Assembly: GCF_030684315.1 (NCBI RefSeq)
Contig: NC_081363.1
Span: 39,354,200 to 39,418,199, forward strand
DNA: 64,000 bases
Direction: 5' to 3'
DNA from: Stegostoma tigrinum
Lineage: Eukaryota
Under the pieces are notes generated by a model, which did no database searches, was not told the DNA's origin, and saw only the letters and a program-made list of their open reading frames with translations. Shown piece after piece: positions 35,225 to 47,904 of this stretch; position 1 is the stretch's first letter, and each line of letters begins with the position of its first letter. The position numbers and the translations under genes were made by a program.

Positions 35225-37145
35225 CCAACATAAACTATATGAATGATTTGGAGGAAGGAAATAAATATACTGTAGCCAAATTTGCAGACAACATTAAAAT
35301 AGATGGAAAGGCAGGTATCAGAGGGGTACAAACCGTTTGCAGAGAAATATTGATCGGTTGATTAAGTGAGCAAAAAGTTGGCAAACAGAGTATAATGTGG
35401 GAAAATGTGAAGTTGTTCATTTTGGATGGGAGAAAAAAGAACGAAATACTACATAAATGGAGTGAAACCGCAGAAAGCTGCAACACAAAGGGACTTGAAA
35501 GTAGTTGTGCATGAAATACAGAAAGCTAGTATACAGCTGCAGCAGGTAATCAGGAAGGCTAGTGGAATGTTGGCCCTTATTTCAGGGTATTTAGAGTATA
35601 AGAGCAGCGAAGTCTTATTAAAGCTGTACAAGGTGCTGGTGACACTATGTCTGGAGTACTGCGAGCAGTTTTGGTCTACTTATTTAAGAAAACATTTGTT
35701 TCATTGGAGGTGATTCAGAGAAGATTTACTAGAAATGTCTCTGGTATGGAGGGATTATCTTATGAGTAAAGATTGAACAGATTGGGACTTTGCTAAATGG
35801 AGTTTAGAAGGATGAGAAGTATTTTCATTGAAACATGTATGGTCTAAGGTGCCACCAAAGTCATAGTTAAAGAGGAGGTAGTTGAGACAGTGGGCCTAAA
35901 AATTACTAAAGAGGAGAAACTGGTATGGTTGGCAGTTCTTAACTATGGCAAGTCACCAGAACCAGATCAAATGTATCCAGGGATATTAAGAAAGAGAGGG
36001 AAGTACAGATGCACTAGCTATAATATTAATCCTCCTTACGTATAATATAGAATCCCTACACTGTGGAAACAGGCCCTTAAACCCAACAAGTCCACACTGA
36101 CTCTCAGAGCACCCACCCAATCCCATCCCCTTATAACCCACACAACAGGCAATTTAGCATGGTCAATCCACCTAGCCCACACATCTTTGGACTGTGGGAG
36201 GAAACCAGTGCACCTAAAGGATACCCATACAGATACAGGGAGAATGTGCAAATTCCACACAGACAGGTGTCTAAGGTGGAATTGAACCCAGGTCCCTGGC
36301 TCTATGAAGCAGCAATGTTAACCACTGTGCCACCATGCCACCCTTAGCAGCACTTTTGTCTTTTGATAGACTGGTGGAGCCAGAATCCAGGAGATTTTCA
36401 CCCTTGTATAAAAGAGCAATAAAGGATAAGCCAAGTAACTATCAGCCTGAGTGGGATGGAAATGCTTTTAGAAACAATAATCTGGGACTCATTTAACAGC
36501 CACTCAGGCAAATGTGAATTAAGGGAAACCAGCATAAATTTGTGAAAAGCAAACAGTGATTAACTAATTTCATTGTGTTTTTAGTGAGGTAACTTGGAGG
36601 ATTGATGACGGTAATGAAGCTGACATAGTTGACTTCAAAAGACGTCAATGATGTGTCTTTGAGTATACTATCAGCAAAGCTAAAGCCTATAGAATAGAAA
36701 GGGCAGTGGCAGTGTGATTACAAACTGGCTGAGTGACTGGAAACAGAGTAGTAATCAATGTTTGGTTTTTGGGCTAAAGGAAAATGTCTATTGGAGTTTC
36801 CCAGGGGTCAAAATTAATTTGGCTGTTTTTCTTTATCTATATTAGTGACATGGGAATGGGTGTATCAGGGAAAACATCAAAATCTGTGTGCGGTGCAAAA
36901 TCTGTCAGCTTTGTCAGCTAATAGAAGAATTGTAATAAACATCAAGAGACATAGACGGGCTGGTGGAATGGGTGCACTGGGACAGATAAAATTTGATGCA
37001 GTGATTCATTTTGGTAGGAAGCATGAGAAGAGAAAATTTTAAGAAATAACTGATACAATTCTAAATGAAGCGGGAGACCTGCGGTTATGTACACACAAAG
37101 TATTGAAGGTAGCAGGGCAGCTGGAGAACATTTTTCAGAGACATT
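35225..37145 (+). mobile_element. CR1 RT fragments (two pieces) with a nested V-SINE
   Basis: QRDLKVVVHE...LYKVLVTLCLEYCEQFW; the second piece contains KSPEPD, GVSQGS and W.IKFDA motifs. Confidence 0.75.
36045..36343 (-). mobile_element. HE1-type V-SINE, full length
   Basis: The minus-strand tRNA head reads GGCATGGTGGCACAGTGGTTAAC...GGGTTCAATTCC. V-domain GTGTGGAATTTGCACATTCTCCCTGTATCTGTATGGGT...CCTCCCACAGTCCAAAGATGTG, followed by a CR1/HER1-like tail. Confidence 0.88.
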
Positions 37146-39149
37146 TTGCATTGCTTTTGCACCCCTTCAAGGATTTGAAACCAGGTGAGATCAATATGTA
37201 ATTGTGTTAGCTTTTAATATAAAACTACACACTAAGTGGCATATATTGACAATCTGACTGAAAGTGTACATAGGAATCATTTATGTTAGAAGTAGCAAAA
37301 TACAGGACACAGAAGTGGATGCTTTCCTGAACTTGAAGTTAGTCAATTTTAGGCAGATACTGATTGTGCTTTACCTGAAATAGGAATACCTTTGTAGCAT
37401 ACCTCCTACAGGAATGAAATGCATTCTTTTCTAGCATTGACCTACTTTGACAGTCCCTGGAGCTTGCGTGTTAACAGTAGGTATCCCTACACCAGATGAC
37501 AAGCACAATGCCCTTCCCTGTGAAGACACTGTCCACAGCAGCTGTTGCCAGACAGATGAAGCAATGGATTCAAACATGGTGGTGACATCTTTATATGTGC
37601 AGCCAGCCATTCTTTACAGATTTAGCCGAAATTATTGCTCAGAGTGTCTAAAAGCTGGTGTGATGCACAGGATATATGACTATTAACAATTTCTCACTGT
37701 CCTAGCCTGAAGAGCAGAACCCTGAAATGTATTGTGCATTTTTTCAGCTGGTTGCTGCTGACTATACCCAAACTGGTTTGAGTAATATAAATAACTAATT
37801 GTGCACCATCATTCCTCACATCCACGGTCACTTGCCCTTTATTTTTGTTTCGTGCTTGGATTAACTATCTCTTTATAAACTGCCACCGAGATTGACTGTA
37901 TACTGCTTAATATGTTGCTGTCATTACAATTATGATTTAGTAGCACAAACTTATTGCGATTAATAGCCTCTGGTAGGCATACATTAATATACACACTTGC
38001 TGATGTTACGTGGTTTTCTATATGTTAGCCCACTCAACTGAAACCACATGACTTGGTTAAAATTGAGAAATATATCAAAGTTTAGCAACTGTACACTCAG
38101 ACTTGCATATAATCTGGGTTATGAGCTTACGTATATAACTGTTAATTACATAGTTGGCTGAACTAACAGACTGATTATTTGTCAGGCCGAGTTGCTACGG
38201 CTATTTAGAGAATAAGCTGGAGATCTTTTATACATCATGTGCTGTGGTGACATCTGGCCATTTTGAAGATAGGGCCTATTTCTGAAATCTGTACCATAAT
38301 AAAGCAAGTATATATTAAAATAAAAATCCTGTTCCACTAGCTGGAAAAGTCAAAGTTCTTTTGAATCTCTCATACGTGTTCTACTTTTTCGGTTTTGCAC
38401 TGCTGTTACATTTAAGTCTGTGGCATGCTCAGGCTTTTTCTCCCTGTAAACAGTTCCCTCCTACCTCTATGTAACTCCTATTGCTGCCCTTTACATGAAT
38501 TAAAAGTAATATGGAGATTGAATTCTAAAGCCATTTTCCCGACAGATCACATTGATATACTTTATATAATACACATTCTTATATGTATTTTAAAGTTACA
38601 TTTTTCTTAGCTACGTCCATTGGCTATCTTCCTTAAAAATTTCAGTTGATTTTCTCTCATTTTGCAAATTCCTTGGATTCTGTGGTCTTTCATAGTTTTT
38701 TTTTGCAATTATACATTTTGCATTCTGCAGTAAAGCCTTGTGAAAATTTAGCATTTTTAAATATTGTGCTCACACATTTCACTCAAAACTATTGCCCATT
38801 TACAAAAAGTTTAAGTACCTTTCACCCATTAACCACAGCATACTTTCCATTAACTGCATTTCTAACTGCAAATTTAAAAGAAACTTTGACAGCCTCCAGA
38901 CCATCTGTCCACTCCCCCAGTCTGACTGAGCAATTTGAAAATGAATTCTTCAATGATGCTCTGTCTGCAAGAACAGCAAGAAATCTCTACCATCATATAG
39001 CAAAGAATTAATCCTCAGGCAAATTCTTTGTTTACTTTAACTGTCACATCCAAATTGAAGACTGCAAGTCTCGACAAGTCTGTGCTTAAAACCAACAATG
39101 AAGTATCATGGCTTGGTTTTACAGGTAAGCGAAGCAACAAGAAAAAGTG

Positions 39150-39930
39150 ATAGAAAATAGAACATAAAGCATAGAACAATACAGTGCAGACAGGCCCTTC
39201 GGCCCTCGATGTTGCGCCGACGTGTGAACTAATCTAAGCCCACCTCCCTACACTATCCCATCATCATCCATATGCTTATCCAAGGACTGTTTAAATGCCC
39301 CTAATGTGGCTGAGTTCACTACATTGGCAGGCAGGGCGTTCCATGCCCTTACCACTCTCTGAGTAAAGAACCTGCCTCTGACATTTGTCTCAAATCTATC
39401 ACCCCTTAATTTGTAGCTATGCTCCCTTGTACAAGCTGAAGTCATCATCCTCAGAAAAAGACTCTCACTGTCCACCCTATCTAATTCTCTGATCATCTTG
39501 AATGTCTCTATTAAATCCCCTCTTAGCCTTCTTCTCTCCAATAAGAACAGACCCAAGTCCCTCAGCCTTTCTTCATAGGGCCTTCGCTCCAGACAAGGCA
39601 ACATCTGGTAAATCCCCCCTGCACCTTTTCCCATGCTTCCACATCCTTCCTGTAATGGGGTGACCAGAACTGCACACAATATTCCAAGTGAGGCTGCACT
39701 AGCGTTTTGTACAGTTGCAGCTGACATCACGGATTCCAGAATTCAATCCCTCTACCAATAAAACCTAACACACCGTAAGTCTTTTTAACAGCACTATCAA
39801 TCTGGGTGGCAACTATCAGGGATCTATGTACATGGACACCAAGGTCCCTCCGCACATCTACACTACGAAGAATCTTTCCATTGACCCAATATTCTGCCTT
39901 CCTATTAATCTTCCCAAAGTGAATCACCTT
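39150..39930 (-). mobile_element. Relatively young CR1 3' part
   Basis: HFGKINRKAEY...RDLGVHVHRSL and PYEERLRDLGLFLLERRRLRGDLIETFKMIR...RFFTQRVVRAWNALP, with an (ATAGAAC)n tail. Confidence 0.92.
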
Positions 39931-40899
39931 ACATGTGATGGTTATTACTATTTGAATTTGTCCATAATTTTCGTATACGCAATGGGAAAAGGATCAAAAA
40001 CGTTATCAGGATTTTGTATTGAAATTCTTGAACTACAAAGGATATGCAAAGGATATGTAGGGTAATATATAATTTGAAATCTTGATCCATGCCTGCAAAC
40101 ATGATGCTGGTGAGAAACCTAAGGATTAGAATATACAACACATATGACAGAGAACATAAACACTGGACCTCTTCCTAAAAAGCCTGAATATGGGAGATGA
40201 GAACATTAGGAAACAATGGCGCCTGGCATTCAATAGAGGACAGAAGTTCAACTGGTCACAATGATGTGAGGCTGAGCTACACAACCAAAGGAAGCTATAG
40301 ATCTAATCCCTGAGAAGATGCTGAGTTAACTAATCACATCTAGGCTGACTGTAGATATTGTCAATCAAAATGTTCAGATGTGTGATGATTCACCTCTGGG
40401 CCATGAACTTGGGCTCAAAGGTAGGGGCACTCCAAATATGCCTTAAGAGCCCCAAGGATGGCTATCAGCTTGCGACGGTTAGCCTAAGCAATCCAAGGTT
40501 GAAACAGAGAAAATCATTCCAAATACTTTTCTCATTTAGGGAGAAACATACTCAGCATGCTGAAAGATATTGAAAGATGCCCTGGGTAGTTCACTCATTA
40601 CTCACTCTGCTATGAGGTGGTAATAGATAAAGTGATAAATTGTACTCAATATTAGTTAAATTCTAATCCTCAGATATCATTACATTACACCTGGATTACG
40701 ATATGAGGTCTTGGTCAATAAAACATATAGGAGACATTTACATCTTATGTGGAATGTAGGGAAGCATAATGAGGTTGATTCCTTGTGTTAATTAGAAAGC
40801 CTGTTAAGAATAATTTGGTATACTAATGATTTACTGCCCTGAATATATGAAAATCCTGCAAGGGGTTTAACGAGGCTGACAAATTAAACTCAATGTTTG

Positions 40900-41590
40900 T
40901 AGTTCTGGTTGCCCTGCTACAGTGGTGTGGAAGGTTGGAGAGGGAAACAGTGAGTAAGAGAAGGTGCTTCACACAATAGTGTGCATGGTGGAGCATGAGA
41001 TGGGTCCCATGGCAAAGGTAGAGTGAGTGGGAGTTAGCAGATACGAGTGTGTAACACTTACGTTGATGGAGTGGGAAAGGTAACTGACCATTTTTTGTGC
41101 TGCTGGCTGTTCCTCCACAACCTGGAGATGGCACTGCCATGAGTGGCACCCTCAGGGTTTGATGGTGCAGCACCCTTCGGGAAGACGATGTCACTCCTTT
41201 GCACCACTCACCAGGGCCACCAGCTTCACATTGGAGAACTGAAGTGCCATCTTCCCTTTCTCCAACAGGTTCAGACTCTATCCATGGCTGAGCACAGGAG
41301 CTTTAGGATGCTAGTGTTTGCCGAGGTGCACAACTTTTAAAGCTGGTGCAAGCAATGTCAGCATTTTTGTGGATATCTGCTGAGTGGTGAGTTTTCTGGG
41401 ATTAGCGCGTAGTAAGATGAGGCGACAATTCGATGTAAGGGCCATCATAAGGACATGGTAGTTAATTAATGAGAATGTTTAATTAGACAGGGCAAGAAAT
41501 CTTACCAGGCCTCGTGGTGCACATTCCTCCAAAATAAACAATGTAACTAGCCCTTAGCCAAAAGAAAAATCATAAGATACTGTCCCATGA
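40900..41590 (-). mobile_element. Possible Harbinger-type element end with a decayed Myb/SANT-like ORF
   Basis: The minus strand gives ALQFSNVKLVALVSGAKE.(fs)DIVFP followed by a GTAAGT donor near 41060, and a terminal GGGACAGTATCTTA resembling a TIR. Confidence 0.35.
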
Positions 41591-42519
41591 TTTCAAAATC
41601 CCTGATATGCAATGTTGCAATTTTGTGTTTAGCAAATTGAGGTCAATACATTTCAGGAATTCAGAGTGAAGATAAAAAGGGATCTGCACTAGGACGTTTA
41701 ACATAGCTGCTTAGTTGGGTGAATATTGCAATGTTATTTTTAGCAACAACGTAGAGAAGCAATTGAACAGAGCTAACTTTTTTCTCATCCTGAGAGTCAG
41801 TCTAATTAAAAATTCTGTCTCGTCAAGTTACATAGAGAAGCCAGTATTGTGCTCCCATTGAGACTCGCCCATCTCACGAGGAAAAAATTCCCCATTTATT
41901 CTACTCTACACTTAAGCTATTTCCATATTTGATTTCTATTTCTTCTCCTTCTGTAGTCATGTACAAGTATTGATTGTGGCTTTGTATTTTGTACCAAGTA
42001 CTGAACAATTATTTAAGTGGAAGCAGCTACGTCCTTCGAGATACCAAATTTTATCCCTCCTGGAGCAGAAAAGTCGATTGCCTTTTATATGAGAAACCGG
42101 ATCTTGGATGTGAGACATAAGTACAGCAATCTCCTGAGTTGTATGACACTCTTCCTGTGTAACAGCGAAAAAATGTTTTCCAAGGGATGCACCTGCTAAA
42201 CAGTAGCTGTGGCTGTGCTGATGACATGAGATAGACTGCATTGGCCAGCCTGTGAAGATTACAGTGTTGATGAGGCAGCTCTTTACTGAATATAATTAGA
42301 CCCATGGCAACAGTTAAGATGAAGCAAAGAATGATTCTTGTTGGCTGCTGTTCCTCCTTTTGATTAATTGCCACCCATGGAATGTCATTACACACCTCTA
42401 GGGCAGATGGGACTTGAACCTTAGCCTCTGGGCTCAGAAGCAGGGATACCACCATTCCCCTAGAGGAGCCAGCTGAGGGCTACTTGGACTATAAAAACTA
42501 ACAACTGAAGTTACTTTTT

Positions 42520-42860
42520 TCTCATTATTCTTGTATGAGATGTGGGTGTCGCTGGCAAGGCCAGTATTTAGTGATCTTGAATTAAAAGCCTTGCTAAGTC
42601 ATTTCAGAGAGCAGTTAAGATTCAAACACATTTCTGCGAATCTAGAGTCACATGTGGGCCAGACCAGGTAAGGATAGCAGGTTTCCTTCAACAAGAGGCT
42701 TCAATGAACCAGATGGCTCCTTCTTTCCAACAAGTGACAATGGTTATCATTGGATTCATTTTAAATTTTTATTGAATTCAAATTTCTGCCATGGTGGGAT
42801 TTAAATTCATGACCATGGACCATGTCCTATGGTTCTGGAATACCACGTCTAACCAGTGCA
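42520..42860 (-). mobile_element. Deu-domain SINE
   Basis: AGAGTCACATGTGGGCCAGACCAGGTAAGGATAGCAG...GAACCAGATGG core. Confidence 0.75.
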
Positions 42861-44699
42861 CTACAGTTCAATGTCAAACTGACAAAACTTTTCTTAGACA
42901 ATGGTCTAACTATGGCTAGTAAAAATTATTCTGGCAACAGTTCCAGCGCGGGCAGGACAGGACCAGGAAAATGGATCTGGAGTCAGTGACTTCATCCAAA
43001 AGCATAGGGAGGAGAAGCAGCAGTGGCAGTCAGACAAATATGGTGTAATGGCCCTCACAAATCAGAATCTGCATCACTGCAGGGAGTTGTACAACCATCT
43101 GGCTACCTGCTTGGACAGACAGGCCCAGTAGCCTTTAGGGGCTGCTGGAGATGTGCACACATCTGTACTGTATTGTCCCAGCCACTGGTACCTTTGGCCA
43201 AAAGCTTGGAGACAGGTAACCTCGATCCCAGCCCAGGTGCCCCTTCCTCGCAAGGAGGTGGGGCAGCGCCAAGGGGCTAGAGTTGAAAGCACACACAAGG
43301 CGCTCTATACATCACATTCAGGACAATGCAGAAGTGCAGGCTACTCCATCTCCACTCTCTGAAACCCTCTTTGACCCTTGTAAGTTCAAGCTGAGGAGCG
43401 TTCACTTGCTCTCTGGCATGCCTGGCCAGACAAGGCACAAACACCTCAGGGGGTTGCCTCACCAAACCTTTAGGGAGCATAAAGCCAAGCAGGCTCCATT
43501 TACCCAGCTGCAAAACCAGGGAGTACACTAACACATAGCGGGAGCAAGAGAAAGAAAAATATCTGTTGAAAAATATCTAACAATTGGGTGGCAGGGGTGA
43601 AAAACACTGGACAATTATATATAAATGTTCCTGATGTTAAATCTCATGTGTTTATGTAGGTGCTGAACCTGTTTTCACATCATCCAGTAGCATTTCATAA
43701 CCATAAATGAGGCTCCATGGATGGAGGGTTGCACTGAGAGCCTACAGCACTATCTGGAAGCAGGCGAAAACAATGCGTACAGATAGCATTGGTGCAAGGT
43801 GACACCTTTGTTCTTCTTTGTTCAACATCCCTAAAATTTGTCTCCCTCTGCACACAAAGGTATATGTTGTCTCTGACTCCAGCATCTGCAGTTCTTGCTA
43901 TCACCTAATGTCCAGTCGTGGCTGTGCCAGGGAGATGCAACACACAGAGAGGGTCAATGTCGTGAGATGGCCTGGGAGTAGGCAGCCTGTGTGCTGTACC
44001 TTTCCCAAGCTCATAACCAATGTTCTTTCCCATCAAAAGCCCAATCACCAGTATCTACTTCAGTCCAGTTCCTCAAAGGTTGAGTCACTTTGCCTGGCCA
44101 CTCCAAATGAAGGAGACAGTGAGTCTTCCTCTGCCAATGACTTCCAGTCTCAGCCTAACTTACCAGTGAGTGCCAAAATATCCATATCTCCTTCCTAGTA
44201 GCTCATCCTATAAACCCACAGGGTTCACACTTGCCCAAGCCCCTACCCACTCCACTTACATTCACTTATGCCTGATCAACTTTTCCATCCAGACCCTGGT
44301 ATATGAGATGATCATGTCTGGTGTGGACATTCTCTGCCCTTGCTCCACCCCCATGAAGCCAGGGACCTCCTAACTTTGGATGACACCCTATTCCCCAGCT
44401 CTGTCATTATATCCCTCTAAGCCATCTTTACTATATTAAGTTCAAGATGACACTGGGACATGGTGACATTTTGTGAGCTGTCTTCAGCAGATCTTATTCT
44501 TACAAATCTTATAGACATTCTGTTCTTCTAAAACTGAATTCTAAGTCTATCTGAATAAACAACAATGTTCTCCAAATCTACTTTCAGGCTTAGCGATTCT
44601 ACAACCAATGAGAACCAACTACCAATGCTGGAAAGGCAATCCCAAAGGAACTAAGGGCCTACTATCTCCCTACTAGCCTAACCTCCTTGCAGAAGCCCA

Positions 44700-45260
44700 G
44701 AATCAAGGCCTGACCAGTATGAGAACAAGACCTGACCCCAGCGTGGCCCAACATTGAGGAGGCCCAACCAGACCGACTACAAGACCCCCAGAGTGCTTGT
44801 GAACGAGACTAGTGCCCACTGGATGTGCCTACCTACCTTGCCAATGCTGGAACCACAAGCCCAGAGGCCTTCCTGTCTCTCACAAGCCTGACTTTGTGGA
44901 AATCTGGAACCAAAGTCCAACGAATGGTAGAACAAAGAGCACGGTGACCTGACATCTAGTAGGCTCAGCTGAACTGGCCACAAAACTCCTTGAAATGCTC
45001 AAGGCTGCAACTGGGGTCCAGAATCTCATCAGGAGCACACATTTACATTCTGGAGCAGAAGACCTCCCTTACTTATTAGGAGCAGCCACAATCTGGGAAA
45101 TGTGAGAGACGGGCTACACTTCAGGTGAGACTGAAACTATGAGGTTTCAAGATCCCCCCTCCCCAGAATACTCCTTGCAAACATCCAAGCCATCGAAAAC
45201 AAGACTTTAAAGCTAGACATACCTTAAAGGAATTAAGAGACTACCGTGTGCTCTGAGCCC
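44700..45260 (+). mobile_element. Rex1/Babar-type LINE 5' remnant (start of the endonuclease)
   Basis: CCCCTCCCCAGAATACTCCTTGCAAACATCCAAGCCATCGAAAACAAG translates PLPRILLANIQAIENK, followed by ...RDYRVL. Confidence 0.55.
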
Positions 45261-46359
45261 TCATTTTTAAAATGCCTCTATTGAACTAATTTGCTTTTGC
45301 TCAGAACTCCGTTATAGAGTAGAAAATTTTGCTATAAAAATTTCCTTAGTTATCCATTTTATGTCCTTTATGAAATAATTAAACATGTCAAATGATGATT
45401 AATCACACTTGAGAATTTTGACAAACTGGGATCTTGGAACTTTAATTAAGTATTATTTGAAAAGAGATGTGTTTTTCTTGGTTAAGCATATCTTCCACTC
45501 TCCTCAGCTCCTATTAAATTAATGAGCAGATGGTTACCCATTCAACAGTGGAATTGTATGACGCCTCTAATAGGATAATAACACACTGTATTGATCATGC
45601 CTACTGGGATTCAGCTCTAATAATTAGATGTGAAAATATATGGTATGATTTCTTTTGAATACAGTATGTTTATAACTATTGCTCTTCATTGAAAATAACT
45701 GCTCTTAAGCACCACTCATGATGCTACTTGGGAAAGTAAGAGAGTCAGAAAAAATCTTTTGATTTAGTATTGCAATTCAGATGGCGTAATTTTTAGATGA
45801 AGTTGGAACAGAAATTTCATAAATAGAGTGTAATGATAAATGGTATAAACATAACTGTCTAACAAAGTGTTCCTTTTCTATTAACTGCCACAAACGCTCA
45901 CGTGAAGATGATTTCATTTTTTTAACGTTAGAAAGGATGTCACTAGGCTGTTTCAGTTGAATGTCTGTAATTTTACTGTCAATATATTATCATATATGTA
46001 TATACACTAATTCTATTTTTGGAAAGAAGAATGATAGCATCAATGCAATATAATTCTCAAAAGGATTGTAATTTATCATTTGATATACAGACTAAAACAA
46101 TATTACATGTATTGTTTACAAATCAAAAGCCAGAAATATTTTCATCTTCTGAAGCCTGACTACAGTAGATTACTGTACTTCTGCTGCACAAATGTTGAGC
46201 TATATCATCATGGTGAGGATGGAGGCCATGCCGTGGAGAAAGGAAAGGAGATTAATCCCCCTTGGGCCTACAAGAGTGAAGGACTAAATGAAATGGTTCT
46301 TTCTTCCTGGTCCCATAAAAACTCTCCCCCAAAAATATCTCCTTAGGATTAACCTGTGG

Positions 46360-46870
46360 TGCTTTTTAAGATTAGGCCACTCACTAACTGAAACGCATGT
46401 CCCTGAACACCCAGGTCATCCATGATTTTATTTCTCTGCTCCACGCACCCTCTGACCTTTTTGTCCTGTGCTGTTCTAATGAAAATCAATGGAAGTTTGA
46501 GGAACAGCATTTCATCTTCCAAAAAAGCTTTTTGTAGTCTTCTGCAGACTCAACATTGAGTTCAACAATTTCAGAGCATGATCTCGACCTCCAGTTTGTC
46601 CTGAATTTTTTGGTTTACTCATTTGACAACACCTAATCGTCTGCTTCACCATTTAGAATGTGTCCTCTAAAGCACATGTTTCTTTTCATGTATGTACTTA
46701 TTCCATCATCACACCCACTGCCCTGCACCGTCACTTCTTTGCCATAAGACTCTCACCTTATCTGATATGCTTATTTGTTCTTCTTCTTCATTTTTCCATG
46801 TCCTGCTTTAAACTTGTTACATTTCTAACATTTTCAAGTTCTGTCAGGTCATTGATCTGAAACGCTAGTG
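46360..46870 (+). mobile_element. Highly decayed PLE 3' end
   Basis: GAGGAACAGCATTTCATCTTC...CTCAACATTGAGTTCAACAATTTCAGA translates EEQHFIF...LNIEFNNFR (GIY-YIG C-terminus). It ends near GATCTGAAACG. Confidence 0.55.
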
Positions 46871-47904
46871 TGAATTTTCCCAGTCCTGTTGACAGAGGGT
46901 TCAAAAGCAGTGCTGCAAAATAGCATATTGTCTCAACTACCTGATAAGTGATCTTGCTGGAGGTAGTGTCAATATAGCAGAGGCTGTAGTGGTTCTTTGC
47001 TGAACAGTAAACTTACCATTCTCACACCAGGACTACTGAATCAGATATGGAACCTGTTTATTTTAAAAATTTATTACAAGATTGCTCTGCAGTCAGGTTA
47101 GCTCGTTTGTTCAGCAACTATAGCTATAGGAAGGCACAACAGTAATCCCCTCAATGTGCAGTGGCTGTTCAACAGGTTCTTCTCCATCCTGATTACATGA
47201 TCGTTAACATCTTCCTTTCTTCCTGACAGCAGCTGATAGCCACTTCAACTCATGAACGGGCTGTTTAGCATAACATTCATAGGATCGCTAAAATCTCTCC
47301 TACTGTTTCAGAACCAAGAGCCACAGTTTAAGGATACGAGGTAGACAATTTAGGACTGAGATGTGGAGAGAGTTATGACCCTGTGGAATTCTCTGCCATA
47401 CAAAGTGATTGACGTTAAAAAAGATTTGCAAAAAGGAGTTAGATTTAGTTCTTGGGAAAGTAAGTGGGAACAGGGTACTGAGTTGGATGATCAGTAGTGA
47501 TTATATTGAATAGTGCAGCAGACTTGAAGGGTCTGCAGAAGACTAAAAATAGCCTTGTTACAAGGTGAAATGCTGTTCCTCAAACTTCCTTTGATCTTCA
47601 TTAGAACAGTACAGGAGGCTGAGAACAAAAAGGTCAGAGGGTGCGTGGAGCAGAGAATTAAAATAACGGATGACCTTGGTGTTCAGGGACATGCGATTCA
47701 ATTAGTGAGTGGCTTAATCTTGAAAAAAGCACCACAGGTTGGTGCCTGAGAAGATATTTTTGGGGCAGAGTTTCTACATGAATGAGCCCTGCTTTGAGGG
47801 TGGAATCTGATGGAAAACCAGGGTCAATGTCCAACAAATGGCTGGGAGCTATCAATGTTACAATTAACCTGCAGCACTAAGCCACTGGGAGTGAGAGTGT
47901 ATCC

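Noticed and set aside
36270-36343. tRNA-like A/B boxes
   Set aside because: This is the head of the V-SINE (and likewise for the Deu-SINE heads), not a tRNA gene.
37447-37686. 79-aa ORF in unique sequence (and similar ORFs at 38646-39011, 42017-42455, 52485-52667, 57252-57689)
   Set aside because: No recognisable motifs or family similarity and no convincing splice-bounded coding frame.
42980-43540. GC-richer block possibly from an L1/Tx1 3' end
   Set aside because: Only a vague W..LH-like motif on the minus strand; too degenerate to assign without a search.
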